From: Tepidisphaeraceae bacterium
GTDB lineage: Bacteria; Planctomycetota; Phycisphaerae; Tepidisphaerales; Tepidisphaeraceae
Assembly: GCA_035459845.1 (NCBI GenBank)
Contig: DATHXE010000632.1
Span: forward strand, 1 to 52,382
Direction of reading: 5' to 3'
Length of the DNA: 52,382 nt
The position numbers and the translations under genes are program-made. The notes below the pieces were generated by a model. It had not been told where the DNA came from. It made no database searches and worked only from the letters and a program-made list of their open reading frames with translations. Positions 42,696 to 52,382 of this stretch are shown in pieces; within the stretch, counting starts at the first letter, position 1; each line of letters begins with the position of its first letter.

Positions 42696-45600
42696 TCAGT
42701 TCACGTACGCGATCTCGTTGCTGAACAGCAGGGCCTGCGTGTACTGTTCCCACACGCTCAACGGCTTGCGGGTCACCATCTCGCCGTCGTTCTTGATCCC
42801 GGCCTTGGCGTTCCGCTTACCGGCCGACATGACGTCGTCCTTCTTCGCGATCGCCCGCTTCTTCGCGATCTCGCGGCCCGCGACCTCGGCCTTGCTCCCG
42901 GTCGCCGACGCCAGCGGGTCGACGCCTTTCGCCTTGTCGGTCGTCACCTTCGCGTTGTAGAAGTCGGCCGCCATCTTCACCTCTTCGGGCCGCGGGGCGC
43001 GCTGGAAGATGACCTGGTAGATCGCCCGCACCTTGGCGTAGTCGTCCTTCGCGTTGACGAACTCGGGCCGGCTGACCACCTTGCGGGCCACGTCCGCCGA
43101 CATCGCGCTGTTCATGAAGAACAGCGCCTGCTGCGGGACGATCGTGCTCGTCCGCTTCGTGTTGGTCATGTCCGGGTCGGAGAAGTCGAACTGCTCCATC
43201 AATTCCGGCACGCTGCCCCGGTCGATGTACCCGTAGACGCTCCGGCGGTTGGAGTACGGCTCGTCCGTCAGGTTCACGGGCTTTCCGCCGACCGTCAGGT
43301 CGATCTTGCCGGTGAACTGGAGCATCGTGTCGCGGACGGCCTCAAAGTCGAGCCGGCGCAGGTTCGCCCGCCAGAGCAGGCGATTGTCCGGGTCCGAGAC
43401 GGCGTACGCGGCGTTCGTGTCGCTGCTCTGCTGGTACGCGCTGCTCAGCATGATCAGCTTGTGCATCTTCTTGAACGACCAGCCGTCGGTCATGAATCGC
43501 GTGGCGAGGTAGTCGACCAGTTCCGCGTGGCTCGGGGCCTCCGACTGCACGCCGATGTCGTCGACCGTGCGGACGAACCCTTCGCCGATGTGCCGCATCC
43601 AGATGCGGTTGACGGCGACGCGGGCGGTCAGCGGGTTGTCCTTCGAGGCGATCGCCTGGGCCAGCTCGAGCCGCCCGGCGCCCTGCTTGAACGGCTTGCG
43701 GTCCTTGCCCGCGACGATCGACAGGAACTGCCGGGGAACGATCGGCCCGCGGTTCTGGGCCTCGCCGCGGATGAAGATCGGCGAGTTCTTGACCACGCCG
43801 TCCTGCACGACCATCGCCCGCGCCGGGGAGCCCGGGTTGGTCAGTTCCAGCTCGTTGATGTTGTTGAACAGGAACGTCTGGTACAGCCGGTTGTTCTGCT
43901 GCGGGAGGGTGGCGACGACCTCCTTGAGCCGCTCGGTGTCGAGCTCGTGGGCCGGGTGGATCCGGGCCGGGATGTTAAGCAGCTCGACGAGCGCCTCGTC
44001 ATACCCGGTGATCTTCACGTCCTCGGTCGTGGCGTCCTTGTTCGCGCGCCAGTAGGCCTGGGCCTTGTCTTCGAGGCCGGCGAACAACTTGCCGTAGAGC
44101 TCGAACACGTCGTTCATCGACTTGAGGTCGCCCGGCTTCACGTCCTTGAACGCGGCGACCACCATCGGGTTGATTGGGCGGCGCTGCATCTTGCCCGACT
44201 TGATCTCGCCCAGCACGTCGCCGGCCTTGGCGGCGAAGTCGTCCTTGGGCAGCTGGCTGAACTTTACGAGCGGGGCCCAGACGCCGTCGCTGTACCGCCC
44301 GCCGATGCGGATGTACTGCTGCAGGTCGCGCTCGAGCTTGTGCTCCTGGATGACCTTGACGCGCTCGTTGATCGCGGCGGCGTCGGTCGCCTTGCGGCCG
44401 TACATGTTCGACAGCAGGTACCACTGGGCCTTCTTGCGGAACTCGTGGCCCTGCGAGCGCACGACCTCGAAGTACATCTCCTTGTTCTTCGCCTCGAGCA
44501 TGGCGAGCTTCTTGAGGTACTCGTCGTACTCCTTGCCCTTGGGGGCTTCGCCGATCAGCGGCTTCTCGGTCGGCTCGACGAGGCTCGCGAACACGCCGTG
44601 CAGCGAGTAGTAGTCGGCGGTCGGTACCGGGTCGAACTTGTGGTCGTGGCACCGCGCGCAGGCGACGGTCAGGGCCATCGTCGACTTGGTCAGCGAGTCG
44701 ATCCGCTCGTCGATCGTGTCGTTCGCGTTGGCGAACCGCTTGCCGACCGTGATGAACCCGAGGGCCGCGAGCGTCTCGGGCTTTTCCTTGGCGGTCGGGA
44801 GCTGATCGGCGGCGATCTGCTCCTTCAGGAACTGGTCGTACGGCTTGTCGTCGTTGAAGGACTTGATCACGTAATCGCGGTAGGTCCAGGCGTGCGAGTA
44901 GCGGTAGTCGGTGCGGAGGTTGTTGTTCTCCTGGCCGGACGTGTCGGAGTACCGGGCCGAGTCGAGCCAGAATCGCCCCCAGCGCTCGCCGTAGCGCGGC
45001 GAGGCGAGCAGGCGGTCCACGACCTTCTCGAACGCGTTGGGCGAGTTGTCGTTCTTGAACGCCTGCACTTCTTCGGGCGTCGGCGGGAGGCCGGTCAGGT
45101 CGTACGTGGCCCGGCGGAGCAGGGTCTCCTTGGCGGCGGGCGGGTTCGGCTTCATCCCGTTGGCCTCGAGCTTGGCGAGGATGAAGCTGTCCACCGGCGT
45201 CTTGACCCACGCCTTGTTCTGCACGGCGGGGACTTCCGGGTTCTTGATCGGCTGGAACGCCCAGTGCGACCGGGCAGTGTCGGTCAGGCCGGTCAGCTTG
45301 GAGCCGGCGGACGAGACGCGCGGGTCGGGCGCGCCCATCTTCACCCACTCGGTCAGCGTCGCGATGTCCTTGTCGGACAGCTTGTCGCCGTCCGGGGGCA
45401 TCTGCATGTCCTTGTCGGCGTACGAGATCGCCTTGATCAGGGGGCTTGCCTCGGGATGACCGGGCGCGATGATCGCGCCGTGCTTCCCGCCCTTGAGCGT
45501 GCCCTCGCGCGTGTCGAGCGTGAGGTTGCCCTTGGCCTTCTTCTCTTCGATGCTGTGGCAGCTGTAGCAGTTGGCGACGAGGATCGGGCGGACCTTGGTC

Positions 45601-45824
45601 TCGAAGAACGCATTCTCGGCGGGCGAGAGCTTGACCGCGCCGACCGCGACCTCGGCCCCGGGCGCCGGCACGTTCGCCGCCGCCAGCACCGTCTTCTGCT
45701 CGGTCGCGGGCGAAGCCGCAACGACGGGCGCCTTGGCCTTGGCCAGGGGCGCGTCCGCCATCGCCAGCCCGCACGCGGTCGCGGTCACCAGTCCGGCTGC
45801 CGTGTAGAGAAGCTTGTTCATCAT
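42696..45824 (-). CDS. PSCyt1 (CxxCH) - DUF1549 - DUF1553 planctomycete-type giant protein
   Basis: The ATG at 45824 gives a signal peptide. A heme-binding CYSCHS follows, then DUF1549-like SFILAKLEANG...LLRRATYDLTGLPPTPEEV...ERWGRFWLD. A DUF1553-like VAVNRIWMRHIGEGFV lies near the C-terminus. Confidence 0.9.
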   Translation of the reverse strand: MMNKLLYTAAGLVTATACGLAMADAPLAKAKAPVVAASPATEQKTVLAAANVPAPGAEVAVGAVKLSPAENAFFETKVRPILVANCYSCHSIEEKKAKGNLTLDTREGTLKGGKHGAIIAPGHPEASPLIKAISYADKDMQMPPDGDKLSDKDIATLTEWVKMGAPDPRVSSAGSKLTGLTDTARSHWAFQPIKNPEVPAVQNKAWVKTPVDSFILAKLEANGMKPNPPAAKETLLRRATYDLTGLPPTPEEVQAFKNDNSPNAFEKVVDRLLASPRYGERWGRFWLDSARYSDTSGQENNNLRTDYRYSHAWTYRDYVIKSFNDDKPYDQFLKEQIAADQLPTAKEKPETLAALGFITVGKRFANANDTIDERIDSLTKSTMALTVACARCHDHKFDPVPTADYYSLHGVFASLVEPTEKPLIGEAPKGKEYDEYLKKLAMLEAKNKEMYFEVVRSQGHEFRKKAQWYLLSNMYGRKATDAAAINERVKVIQEHKLERDLQQYIRIGGRYSDGVWAPLVKFSQLPKDDFAAKAGDVLGEIKSGKMQRRPINPMVVAAFKDVKPGDLKSMNDVFELYGKLFAGLEDKAQAYWRANKDATTEDVKITGYDEALVELLNIPARIHPAHELDTERLKEVVATLPQQNNRLYQTFLFNNINELELTNPGSPARAMVVQDGVVKNSPIFIRGEAQNRGPIVPRQFLSIVAGKDRKPFKQGAGRLELAQAIASKDNPLTARVAVNRIWMRHIGEGFVRTVDDIGVQSEAPSHAELVDYLATRFMTDGWSFKKMHKLIMLSSAYQQSSDTNAAYAVSDPDNRLLWRANLRRLDFEAVRDTMLQFTGKIDLTVGGKPVNLTDEPYSNRRSVYGYIDRGSVPELMEQFDFSDPDMTNTKRTSTIVPQQALFFMNSAMSADVARKVVSRPEFVNAKDDYAKVRAIYQVIFQRAPRPEEVKMAADFYNAKVTTDKAKGVDPLASATGSKAEVAGREIAKKRAIAKKDDVMSAGKRNAKAGIKNDGEMVTRKPLSVWEQYTQALLFSNEIAYVN

Positions 45825-45927
45825 GATGAGTGCCCGCCCCGGAAAAGTCCGTTCCCGAAGACCCCCGAATTGATCCGCACACCGCATAACCGCAGGCTTC
45901 CGCCGGCGGCTATCAAGGGTGCGTCAC

Positions 45928-47373
45928 TTACGCGATCACGTCCCTCACCACGTTCCCGAAGTTGTCGGTCAGGCGGAAGTCGCGGCCGTTGTAGCGGTAG
46001 GTGAGCTTGGTGTGGTCGAACCCGAGGAGGGCGAGGATGGTGGCGTGCAGGTCGTGGACGTGCATGCGGTTCTCGACGGCGCGGGAGCCGAACTCGTCGG
46101 TGGCGCCGTAGACGGTGCCGCCTTTGACGCCGCCGCCGGCCATCCAGGCGCACATGGCCTTGCCGTTGTGGTCGCGGCCGGGGGTGGCGCCGTTGCCGCC
46201 GCGGTCGCGGGTGACGGTGCGGCCGAACTCGCCGCCCCACACGATCAGGGTCTCGTCGAGCAGCCCGCTCTGCTTCAGGTCCTTCAGCAGCGCCGCAATC
46301 GGGCCGTCGATCTCGCCGGCCTTCTTACGCATCGACGTCTCGATGTTCGAGTGCATGTCCCACCCGCCGTTAAACACCTGGACGAAGCGGACGCCGCGCT
46401 CGACGAGGCGGCGGGCGACGAGCATTTTGGCGCCGAACTCGCTCGTGCCGTACGACGCCCGGACGGCCTGCGGCTCCTTGGTGATGTCGAACGCGTCGGT
46501 CGCCTCGGTCTGCATGCGGAACGCCATCTCGAAGCTCTCGATGCGGGCCTCGAGCTGCTCCTCCTTGTGGAGCTTCTCGGCGTGCATCGCGTTGAGCTTG
46601 CGGGCGAGGTCGAGCTGGCGGCGCTGGTCCTCCGACTGCGTGAACGGGTTGCTGATGTTCAGCAGCACCTGGTTCAGCGGCATGCGGCTGGAGTAGTTGA
46701 CGTTGACGCCCTGGAACAGGCTGGGGAGGAACGCGGCCTGGCGGTACTCGGCGCGGCCGCCGAGCGAGATGAAGCCGGGCAGGTTCTGGTTCTCGGAGCC
46801 CAGGCCGTAAACCGCCCACGAGCCGAGCGAGGGCTTGGGCAACTGGAGGGAGCCGGTGTGCATGAACTTCGACGCCGGCTCGTGGGCCGGGACGTCGGTG
46901 TAGAGCGACCGGAGGATGGCCATGTCGTCGGCGCACTCGCCGAGCTTTTCGAAGACTTCGGAGACCTCGATCCCGCTCTTGCCGCACTTCTTGAACTCGA
47001 ACGGCGACGGCAGCGCCAGGCCGTTGAGCCCGGGCAGCGCCTGGTCCGCGTACTTGGCCAGCATCGGCTTGGGGTCGAACGTGTCAACGTGCGACGGCGC
47101 GCCCGAGCAGAAGATGTGGATCACGTGCTTCGCCTTGGCGGCCTTGTTCGGCGGCAGCTTGGGCGCCAGCGGGCCGGCCTTGGCGGCGATACCCTTGCCG
47201 ATCGCCGGCGCCGCCTCGGCGCTGCCGCCCAGCAACTCCGACCCGAGCATGGTGCCCAGCGTCAACAGGCCCATGCCCATGCCCGACCGCGCGAGCATCT
47301 CGCGCCGCGTGAGGAACGCGTCTTCGAGGCGGGGCATGTGTTCGGCCGGGTTGTAGTTCGGGAGCCTTCGCAT
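45928..47373 (-). CDS. DUF1501 (sulfatase/alkaline-phosphatase-fold) protein with a Tat-like signal
   Basis: Has LTRREMLARSGMGMGLLTLG at the N-terminus. HIFCSGAPSHVDTFDPKP and FGRT...GRDHN are typical of DUF1501. The start is ATG at 47373 or 47337. Confidence 0.9.
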   Translation of the reverse strand: MRRLPNYNPAEHMPRLEDAFLTRREMLARSGMGMGLLTLGTMLGSELLGGSAEAAPAIGKGIAAKAGPLAPKLPPNKAAKAKHVIHIFCSGAPSHVDTFDPKPMLAKYADQALPGLNGLALPSPFEFKKCGKSGIEVSEVFEKLGECADDMAILRSLYTDVPAHEPASKFMHTGSLQLPKPSLGSWAVYGLGSENQNLPGFISLGGRAEYRQAAFLPSLFQGVNVNYSSRMPLNQVLLNISNPFTQSEDQRRQLDLARKLNAMHAEKLHKEEQLEARIESFEMAFRMQTEATDAFDITKEPQAVRASYGTSEFGAKMLVARRLVERGVRFVQVFNGGWDMHSNIETSMRKKAGEIDGPIAALLKDLKQSGLLDETLIVWGGEFGRTVTRDRGGNGATPGRDHNGKAMCAWMAGGGVKGGTVYGATDEFGSRAVENRMHVHDLHATILALLGFDHTKLTYRYNGRDFRLTDNFGNVVRDVIA

Positions 47374-47515
47374 GGGTCGTGTCCTCAAAAGCCGCAAACC
47401 GAGAGGTGGACGGAACAAACCGTCTTCGGAAACATAGCCCCGCCCCCTATACCGGACAATAATACGCTTGGGTAATACGCCTGCCCGTGCTCTGCGTTCG
47501 CGCAAGTAGCGGGCG

Positions 47516-48148
47516 CTACTGGAGATGGACGATCCCGCGCTGGATGGCGGCGGTCACCGCTTCCAATCGGTCCGCCACGCCCAGTTTCTCGAATACGCGG
47601 GTCGTGTGGACTTTGACGGTGTTCTCGCTGATGCCGAGCGCGAACGCTATCTCTTTGTTACTCCGGCCCTTAACCAGCGCGTCCAGCACCTGCTTCTCAC
47701 GATCGGAAAGCTCGACCCGTCCCGCCCGCTTTGCCAGGGCCTCGTCGATCTGGGCCGGGAAGTATCGGCCGCCCGCGTGGATGGCCCGGATCGCCGTCAT
47801 TAACTCGGTCGGCTCGGCCGACTTGGGCAGGTAGCCCGAAGCCCCGGCCCGAACCGCCCGGTGGATGTCCTCCTCGCCCTTGTAGACGCTGAGCATGATG
47901 ATCCGCGCGTCGGGAAACCGCGCCCGGATGGCCGCCGTCGCCTCCGCGCCGTTCAACTCGGGCAACTGGTAATCCATCACGACGACATCGGGGCGGTGTT
48001 TTTCATACAGCACCGGGGCCTCCGCGCCCGTCTTGGCCTCGGCGACGACCTGCATGTCGGGCTCGAGGTTCAGCGTGCTGGCGAGCCCCATACGGACGAT
48101 GAAATGGTCGTCGACGATGAGGATCTTGATGGTCGCGGGCTGGGGCAT
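47516..48148 (-). CDS. NarL/FixJ (LuxR-type) response regulator
   Basis: A REC domain (ILIVDDHFIV, VVVMDYQLPELNG) is followed by a LuxR HTH (LSDREKQVLDALVKGRSNKEIAFALGISENTVKVH). Confidence 0.93.
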   Translation of the reverse strand: MPQPATIKILIVDDHFIVRMGLASTLNLEPDMQVVAEAKTGAEAPVLYEKHRPDVVVMDYQLPELNGAEATAAIRARFPDARIIMLSVYKGEEDIHRAVRAGASGYLPKSAEPTELMTAIRAIHAGGRYFPAQIDEALAKRAGRVELSDREKQVLDALVKGRSNKEIAFALGISENTVKVHTTRVFEKLGVADRLEAVTAAIQRGIVHLQ

Positions 48149-48218
48149 CGATTCGAGTCTACCGCAGATCGGTCCTGGCGCGCGGTACCCACATGGGTGA
48201 TCGCCCTTCCGAAGGCGC

Positions 48219-50423
48219 TCAATTCACACTCACAGGCGCGGTGTGGTGGGTCGGGACGAGCAGCGCGATCGTCGTCCCCTTGCCGGGCGCGCTGTCGATC
48301 GTCAGCGCGCCGCGGAGCTTCTCGGCGCGCTCGCGCATCCCGAACACGCCGAAGTGACCGCTGCTCATGGGAGGGAGTTGGGCCGGGTCGAACCCCCGGC
48401 CGTCGTCGGCGATCTTGAGGGAGATCGCGGCGTCGGCGTAGTCGAGTGCGACGGCAATCCGGCTCGCCTGCGCGTGCTTGAGCGCGTTGGTGACCGCCTC
48501 GAGCGCCAGCCGCAACAAGTGGTTCTCCACGTCGGCCGGCAGCGGGCGGGCGTCGCCGGTCACGTGCACGTCGATCTGCGCCGCCGCCCCGGGACGCAGG
48601 CCGGCGACGGCGTCGAGCAGTTTGGGGACCAGGCCTTCCTGGGCGTCGCGATTGTCCCGCAAGTCCCACACGGCCCGGTGCGTCTCGGCCTGGCTCCGCC
48701 GCACCATCGCGGCCGCCAGGTGCAGCGCCTCCTTGGCGCGGTCGGGCCGCGCCAGCAGCTTCTCGGTCGCGTTGAGCTGCATGGAAATGCCGAGCAAGTC
48801 CTGTTCGAGCGAGTCGTGGAGCTCGCGCGCGATGCGGACGCGCTCCTCATAGAGCGTTTCGCGCGCCAGGTGCGTGCGGATCGTCGCGGTCTGACGGGCG
48901 ACGCGCAGGCGGAGCAGCGCGACCCACGCGATCGCGACCGCCGTCACCAGGGCGAGCGCGCCGCAGACGAGCAGGATTCGGCGGAACGTCCACCACGACG
49001 GGGCGTGGATCACGTCCACCGCCGCCGGTCCGCCGAGCAGCAGGTGGAACGAGAGCGGCTGCGCCGGCCCGCCGCCCACGCCACGCAAAGCGGGCGGCGC
49101 CTCGGCGCGAGCCGCGCGGTCGCCGGCGGGCATCGCCGGCGTCCCCATCGGCGATTGGCTGTGCAAACAGACGCCCGTCAGCCGCACCCAGCTCTCGGCA
49201 CGGAGCGAGGGCAACCCCTCGGCGTCCACGAGCCGGGCGAGGAAGACGCGGTCGCCGGACTGGAGCACGAGCGTTGGCCCTTCCGACAGGCGCGAGACTT
49301 CGAGCACCAGCGCTTCCATGCGGACCGTGCGCGAGTCCATCGCCGGTTCGAGCGCCTGGCCCGCCGTGATCAGCGGCGGCTCGGGCAGCGGGGCCCGGCC
49401 GTCGGTGCGCCAGACGGCGTCCTCGAGCAACACCGTCGACCCGCGGCGCGACGGAAATCCGACCACGTCCAGCCGGTCGCCCGCCTTGAGCGCGCCGGGC
49501 GGCGTCTCTACCCACACGGCGCCGTCGGTCGACTCCACGTACATCCCTTTACCACCCAGCGGGAGCGTGACCACGCCTTGGACGCGCGCCCGCGCGAGTG
49601 GCGGCTGGTCGGCGTCTAGCCCGCGCAACGACGCGACGCTCGCGACCGAAAGGTCGAACGCGGGCGTCGCAGGCGCGTCGATGCGGATCTCCTTCAGCCC
49701 GGCGAAGAGCAGGCGCATGCCCGCCGCGGGCGTGCGCTCGGGCAGGGTCGAGTTGAACACGCCACGGAGCTTCACCGTCGCGCCGACCAGGTGCGTCGGG
49801 AGCGTGGCCGTCGCGGCGTGCCAGTTGAGCATGGCCGCTTCGAGGCGCTCGCCGCGCGCCGACATGAGCGTGACGACCAGCGCGTCGAGCTGACCCGCCG
49901 AAGCCAGCGCTTCGACGCGGAACGACCGGACGACGCCGGTCACCTCGACCAGTTCGCCGTGCAGTTCGGGCCCGGCAAGAAGGTCGTCGAATCGGACGGG
50001 CCTGGGCGCCGGGAGCGGCCCCTCGCCCAGCACGACGATCTTGAGCGGGTCCTTCTGCCGGGCGGTCACGTGCGGGACGAGCTTGCCCGGCGTGGTGATC
50101 CCTTCGACCTCGACGATCGACCCGGGCTTGATGACCAGCCGGAGCTCGCGGTCGCGCGCCCCGACGACACACACCCCGCCCGTCTCGTCCTGCACGAACA
50201 TCACCTGCGGGTTGGGCGAGAGGTAGGTGACAACGCCCTTGATCTTCACGGGCAGGCGGAGCGCCGCCTCCTCGGCCGACAGCTCGGTCACGCCGTCGAC
50301 CGTGGTGATGACCGCGTTCGGGTTGGCGCGAAGGCGCTTCTCCCGCTTGGTGAGCGGCGGCGCCGGCGCGGCGACCGCCGCGGCGCACACGAACGTGAGG
50401 GTCAGGAGGAGCAGGATCCGCAT
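48219..50423 (-). CDS. sensor histidine kinase (HisKA_3/HATPase_c) with a large periplasmic domain of about 490 aa
   Basis: The ATG at 50423 gives a signal peptide. After a single TM (FRRILLVCGALALVTAVAIAWVALL) come the H-box ARELHDSLEQDL and the ATPase motifs NALKHA, DDGRGF and GHFGVFGMRER. Confidence 0.88.
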   Translation of the reverse strand: MRILLLLTLTFVCAAAVAAPAPPLTKREKRLRANPNAVITTVDGVTELSAEEAALRLPVKIKGVVTYLSPNPQVMFVQDETGGVCVVGARDRELRLVIKPGSIVEVEGITTPGKLVPHVTARQKDPLKIVVLGEGPLPAPRPVRFDDLLAGPELHGELVEVTGVVRSFRVEALASAGQLDALVVTLMSARGERLEAAMLNWHAATATLPTHLVGATVKLRGVFNSTLPERTPAAGMRLLFAGLKEIRIDAPATPAFDLSVASVASLRGLDADQPPLARARVQGVVTLPLGGKGMYVESTDGAVWVETPPGALKAGDRLDVVGFPSRRGSTVLLEDAVWRTDGRAPLPEPPLITAGQALEPAMDSRTVRMEALVLEVSRLSEGPTLVLQSGDRVFLARLVDAEGLPSLRAESWVRLTGVCLHSQSPMGTPAMPAGDRAARAEAPPALRGVGGGPAQPLSFHLLLGGPAAVDVIHAPSWWTFRRILLVCGALALVTAVAIAWVALLRLRVARQTATIRTHLARETLYEERVRIARELHDSLEQDLLGISMQLNATEKLLARPDRAKEALHLAAAMVRRSQAETHRAVWDLRDNRDAQEGLVPKLLDAVAGLRPGAAAQIDVHVTGDARPLPADVENHLLRLALEAVTNALKHAQASRIAVALDYADAAISLKIADDGRGFDPAQLPPMSSGHFGVFGMRERAEKLRGALTIDSAPGKGTTIALLVPTHHTAPVSVN

Positions 50424-50548
50424 CGCTACCTTCAGATCATACCGCAGGAAACCCCACGGCGCGCGGAACCGGAAAAAGGGAGCCCAGCGACTTGTCGCGG
50501 GACGGCGTACGTGACGCGGAGTGAGTCCGCAGGCGCCTCCGCACCCCT

Positions 50549-52012
50549 TCATCTCGCGACGGGCGTGCTCCGTCCACTTTTCTCATACGTCGCCAGCAGC
50601 GCCCCCAGCCGATCCACCACCTCCGAGTGCTCCAGGTGAACGTTCATGGTCTCCGCCGGGTCCGCCTGCAAGTCGTACAGTTGCACCTTCGGCAGGCCCG
50701 CGACCTCTTTCGGCCCCTTCGGCGCGCTCCAACCGCCCGAGCCGGGCGCGCGAAGGAGTTTCCATCGTCCCTGCCGGATCGAGAGCGAACCGTCGATCGA
50801 CGCGTGCACGATCGCCTCGCGCACCGGCCCCTTGGCCGCCCCCAGCAGGTCGGGCAGGATCGAGACCGAATCCTCGCCCGCGTCGGCCGGCAGCTTGGCC
50901 CCGACGATCTCCGCCGCCGTCGCCATCAGGTCGTTCAGGCAGATCACGTCGTCACACGTCGCCCCCGCCTTCACCTTCGCCGGCCACCGTGCGATGAACG
51001 GCACGCGGTGCCCGCCCTCGAACAAATCCGCCTTGGTCCCGCGCCGCCCTGCGCTCGGGTCGTGCCCGGCGGCCGTCAGCTTCGGGATGCCCGCCGCCGG
51101 CGAGCAGCCGTTGTCTGCAGTGAAGATGACCAGCGTGTTGTCGGCGACGCCCGCCTTGTCGATCGCCTCCATCACCTGCCCCACCGCCCAATCCGTCTCC
51201 ATCACGAAATCGAGGTAGTCCGACACGCCCGACTTCCCCTTGAACGCCGCGCCCGGCAAGATCGGCGTGTGCGGCGACGCCAACGGCATGTACAGAAAAA
51301 ACGGCGCTTTCCTCTCCGCGCTCTCGGCGACGTACTTCGCCGCGCGCTTCGCCAATGTGGGCAACACATCGACCGCCTCGAAGTCCGGGTGCGCCGGCCC
51401 CTCGCGGATCCACTTCTTCGTCGCCGTCGGTAGGCCCACCGTCCGGTCGTTCTCGATCCACACGTAAGGCGGCATGTCGAGCGACGCCGCGATGCCATAG
51501 AAGTGATCGAACCCGACCGCCGTCGGCCCCCGCCCGATGGGCTTCGTGTAGTCCACCCGCTCGACCGCTTTGATCGCGTCGGATTTCTCCGCCCCCGGCC
51601 AATCCATCCCCAGGTGCCACTTCCCCATCGCCGCCGTCCGGTACCCGTGCTGCTTCAGCAGCCCCGGCACCGTCAGCCGGCCCTCCTCGATCAGGGGCGG
51701 AGAAAACCCGCCCAACACCCCCTTCTTCAACCGCGTCCGCCACGGGTATCGCCCCGTGAGAATCCCGTACCGCGTGGGCGTGCAGACCGCCGACGCCGAA
51801 TGCGCGTCCGTAAACCGCATCCCCTGCGCGGCCAGGCGGTCGAGGTGCGGCGTCTTCACCTGCGCCTGTGGATTCAGGCACGCCACGTCCCCCACGCCCA
51901 TGTCGTCGGCGAGGATGTAGACGATGTTCGGCGGCGCGTCGGCGGCGCGCGCGGGTGTGGCGACGAACGCGAGTATGACGAGGAGAAGTTGCGGGCGGAG
52001 TGAGGGGTTCAC
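50549..52012 (-). CDS. arylsulfatase (formylglycine-dependent sulfatase family)
   Basis: Has a signal peptide, NIVYILADDMGVGD, and the CxPxR maturation motif in SAVCTPTRYGILTGRY. The start is GTG. Confidence 0.93.
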   Translation of the reverse strand: MNPSLRPQLLLVILAFVATPARAADAPPNIVYILADDMGVGDVACLNPQAQVKTPHLDRLAAQGMRFTDAHSASAVCTPTRYGILTGRYPWRTRLKKGVLGGFSPPLIEEGRLTVPGLLKQHGYRTAAMGKWHLGMDWPGAEKSDAIKAVERVDYTKPIGRGPTAVGFDHFYGIAASLDMPPYVWIENDRTVGLPTATKKWIREGPAHPDFEAVDVLPTLAKRAAKYVAESAERKAPFFLYMPLASPHTPILPGAAFKGKSGVSDYLDFVMETDWAVGQVMEAIDKAGVADNTLVIFTADNGCSPAAGIPKLTAAGHDPSAGRRGTKADLFEGGHRVPFIARWPAKVKAGATCDDVICLNDLMATAAEIVGAKLPADAGEDSVSILPDLLGAAKGPVREAIVHASIDGSLSIRQGRWKLLRAPGSGGWSAPKGPKEVAGLPKVQLYDLQADPAETMNVHLEHSEVVDRLGALLATYEKSGRSTPVAR

Positions 52013-52073
52013 GATCCTGCTACTGCGGGACTGCCCGGACGTTCGCGTCCCGGCCCGAATGCCACGGCCACCG

Positions 52074-52382
52074 CTAGCGCTTCCGCCCCTCCAGCACCCC
52101 GCAGTGAATCAGCGTCGGCGTCGGCCGCCCGGTCGTCTCCAGGCCCGCCTCGCGCATCCACCCGGCGTACTCCGCCGCCGAATACGCCCGACCCTCGCAC
52201 ACGGTAAACAGCGCCGCCGAGTACAGCGCGACCGGCAGCGGCCCGTCCAGCCCGTCGTTGAGAAACACGTCGTGGATCAGCAGCCGTCCACCCGGCGGGA
52301 GCGCCGCCGCGCACTTGGCGACCAGCGCCCGGCATTCGGGCACGTCCCAGTCGTGCAGCACGTTCGACAGCAGGATCACGTC
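52074..52382 (-). CDS. class I SAM-dependent (O-)methyltransferase, C-terminal part; the 5' end lies beyond the window
   Basis: LLSNVLHDWDVPECRALVAKCAAALPPGGRLLIHD is typical of the C-terminal half of O-methyltransferase family 2 proteins. Confidence 0.7.
   Translation of the reverse strand, partial: DVILLSNVLHDWDVPECRALVAKCAAALPPGGRLLIHDVFLNDGLDGPLPVALYSAALFTVCEGRAYSAAEYAGWMREAGLETTGRPTPTLIHCGVLEGRKR

Overview
This is a very GC-rich, densely coding chromosomal window; third codon positions are almost always G/C. The gene content suggests Planctomycetota, probably Gemmata-like. That call is an inference from hallmark families: a PSCyt1/DUF1549/DUF1553 giant paired with a DUF1501 protein, a sulfatase, a PEP-CTERM protein and a CPxCGYDL zinc-ribbon protein. 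About 43 CDS are supportable. They include the end of a caa3-type cytochrome oxidase operon (ctaD, ctaE, subunit IV, plus a second subunit-III paralog), dut, ftsK, two clpP paralogs, a polyprenyl synthase, mgtE, asnB, birA, two cyclophilins and an S8 peptidase with CBM6 domains. They also include several transporters (AI-2E, MFS, ActP with DUF485), a 1096-aa VIT-vWA-DUF2135 protein, a phosphohexomutase, cysE and a LuxR-type two-component pair. I found no rRNA, tRNA, CRISPR array, transposase or recognisable defence system. The least explained signal is non-coding. Intergenic gaps hold (i) long hairpins built from tandem 7-8-mers of unusually low GC, one arm of which also sits in-frame inside cysE. 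They also hold (ii) a GC-rich element of about 50-110 nt present in at least 4 copies, with conserved stems and variable loops. Finally there are (iii) nested GGGCATGCCC-type palindromes flanking mgtE, and (iv) a 49-nt CGCAGAG-rich element upstream of both clpP genes. The main coding known-unknowns are the co-directional sulfatase, sensor kinase, LuxR regulator, DUF1501 and PSCyt block, and the VIT-vWA giant. Many long ORFs in the track are antisense artefacts of high GC and were rejected.
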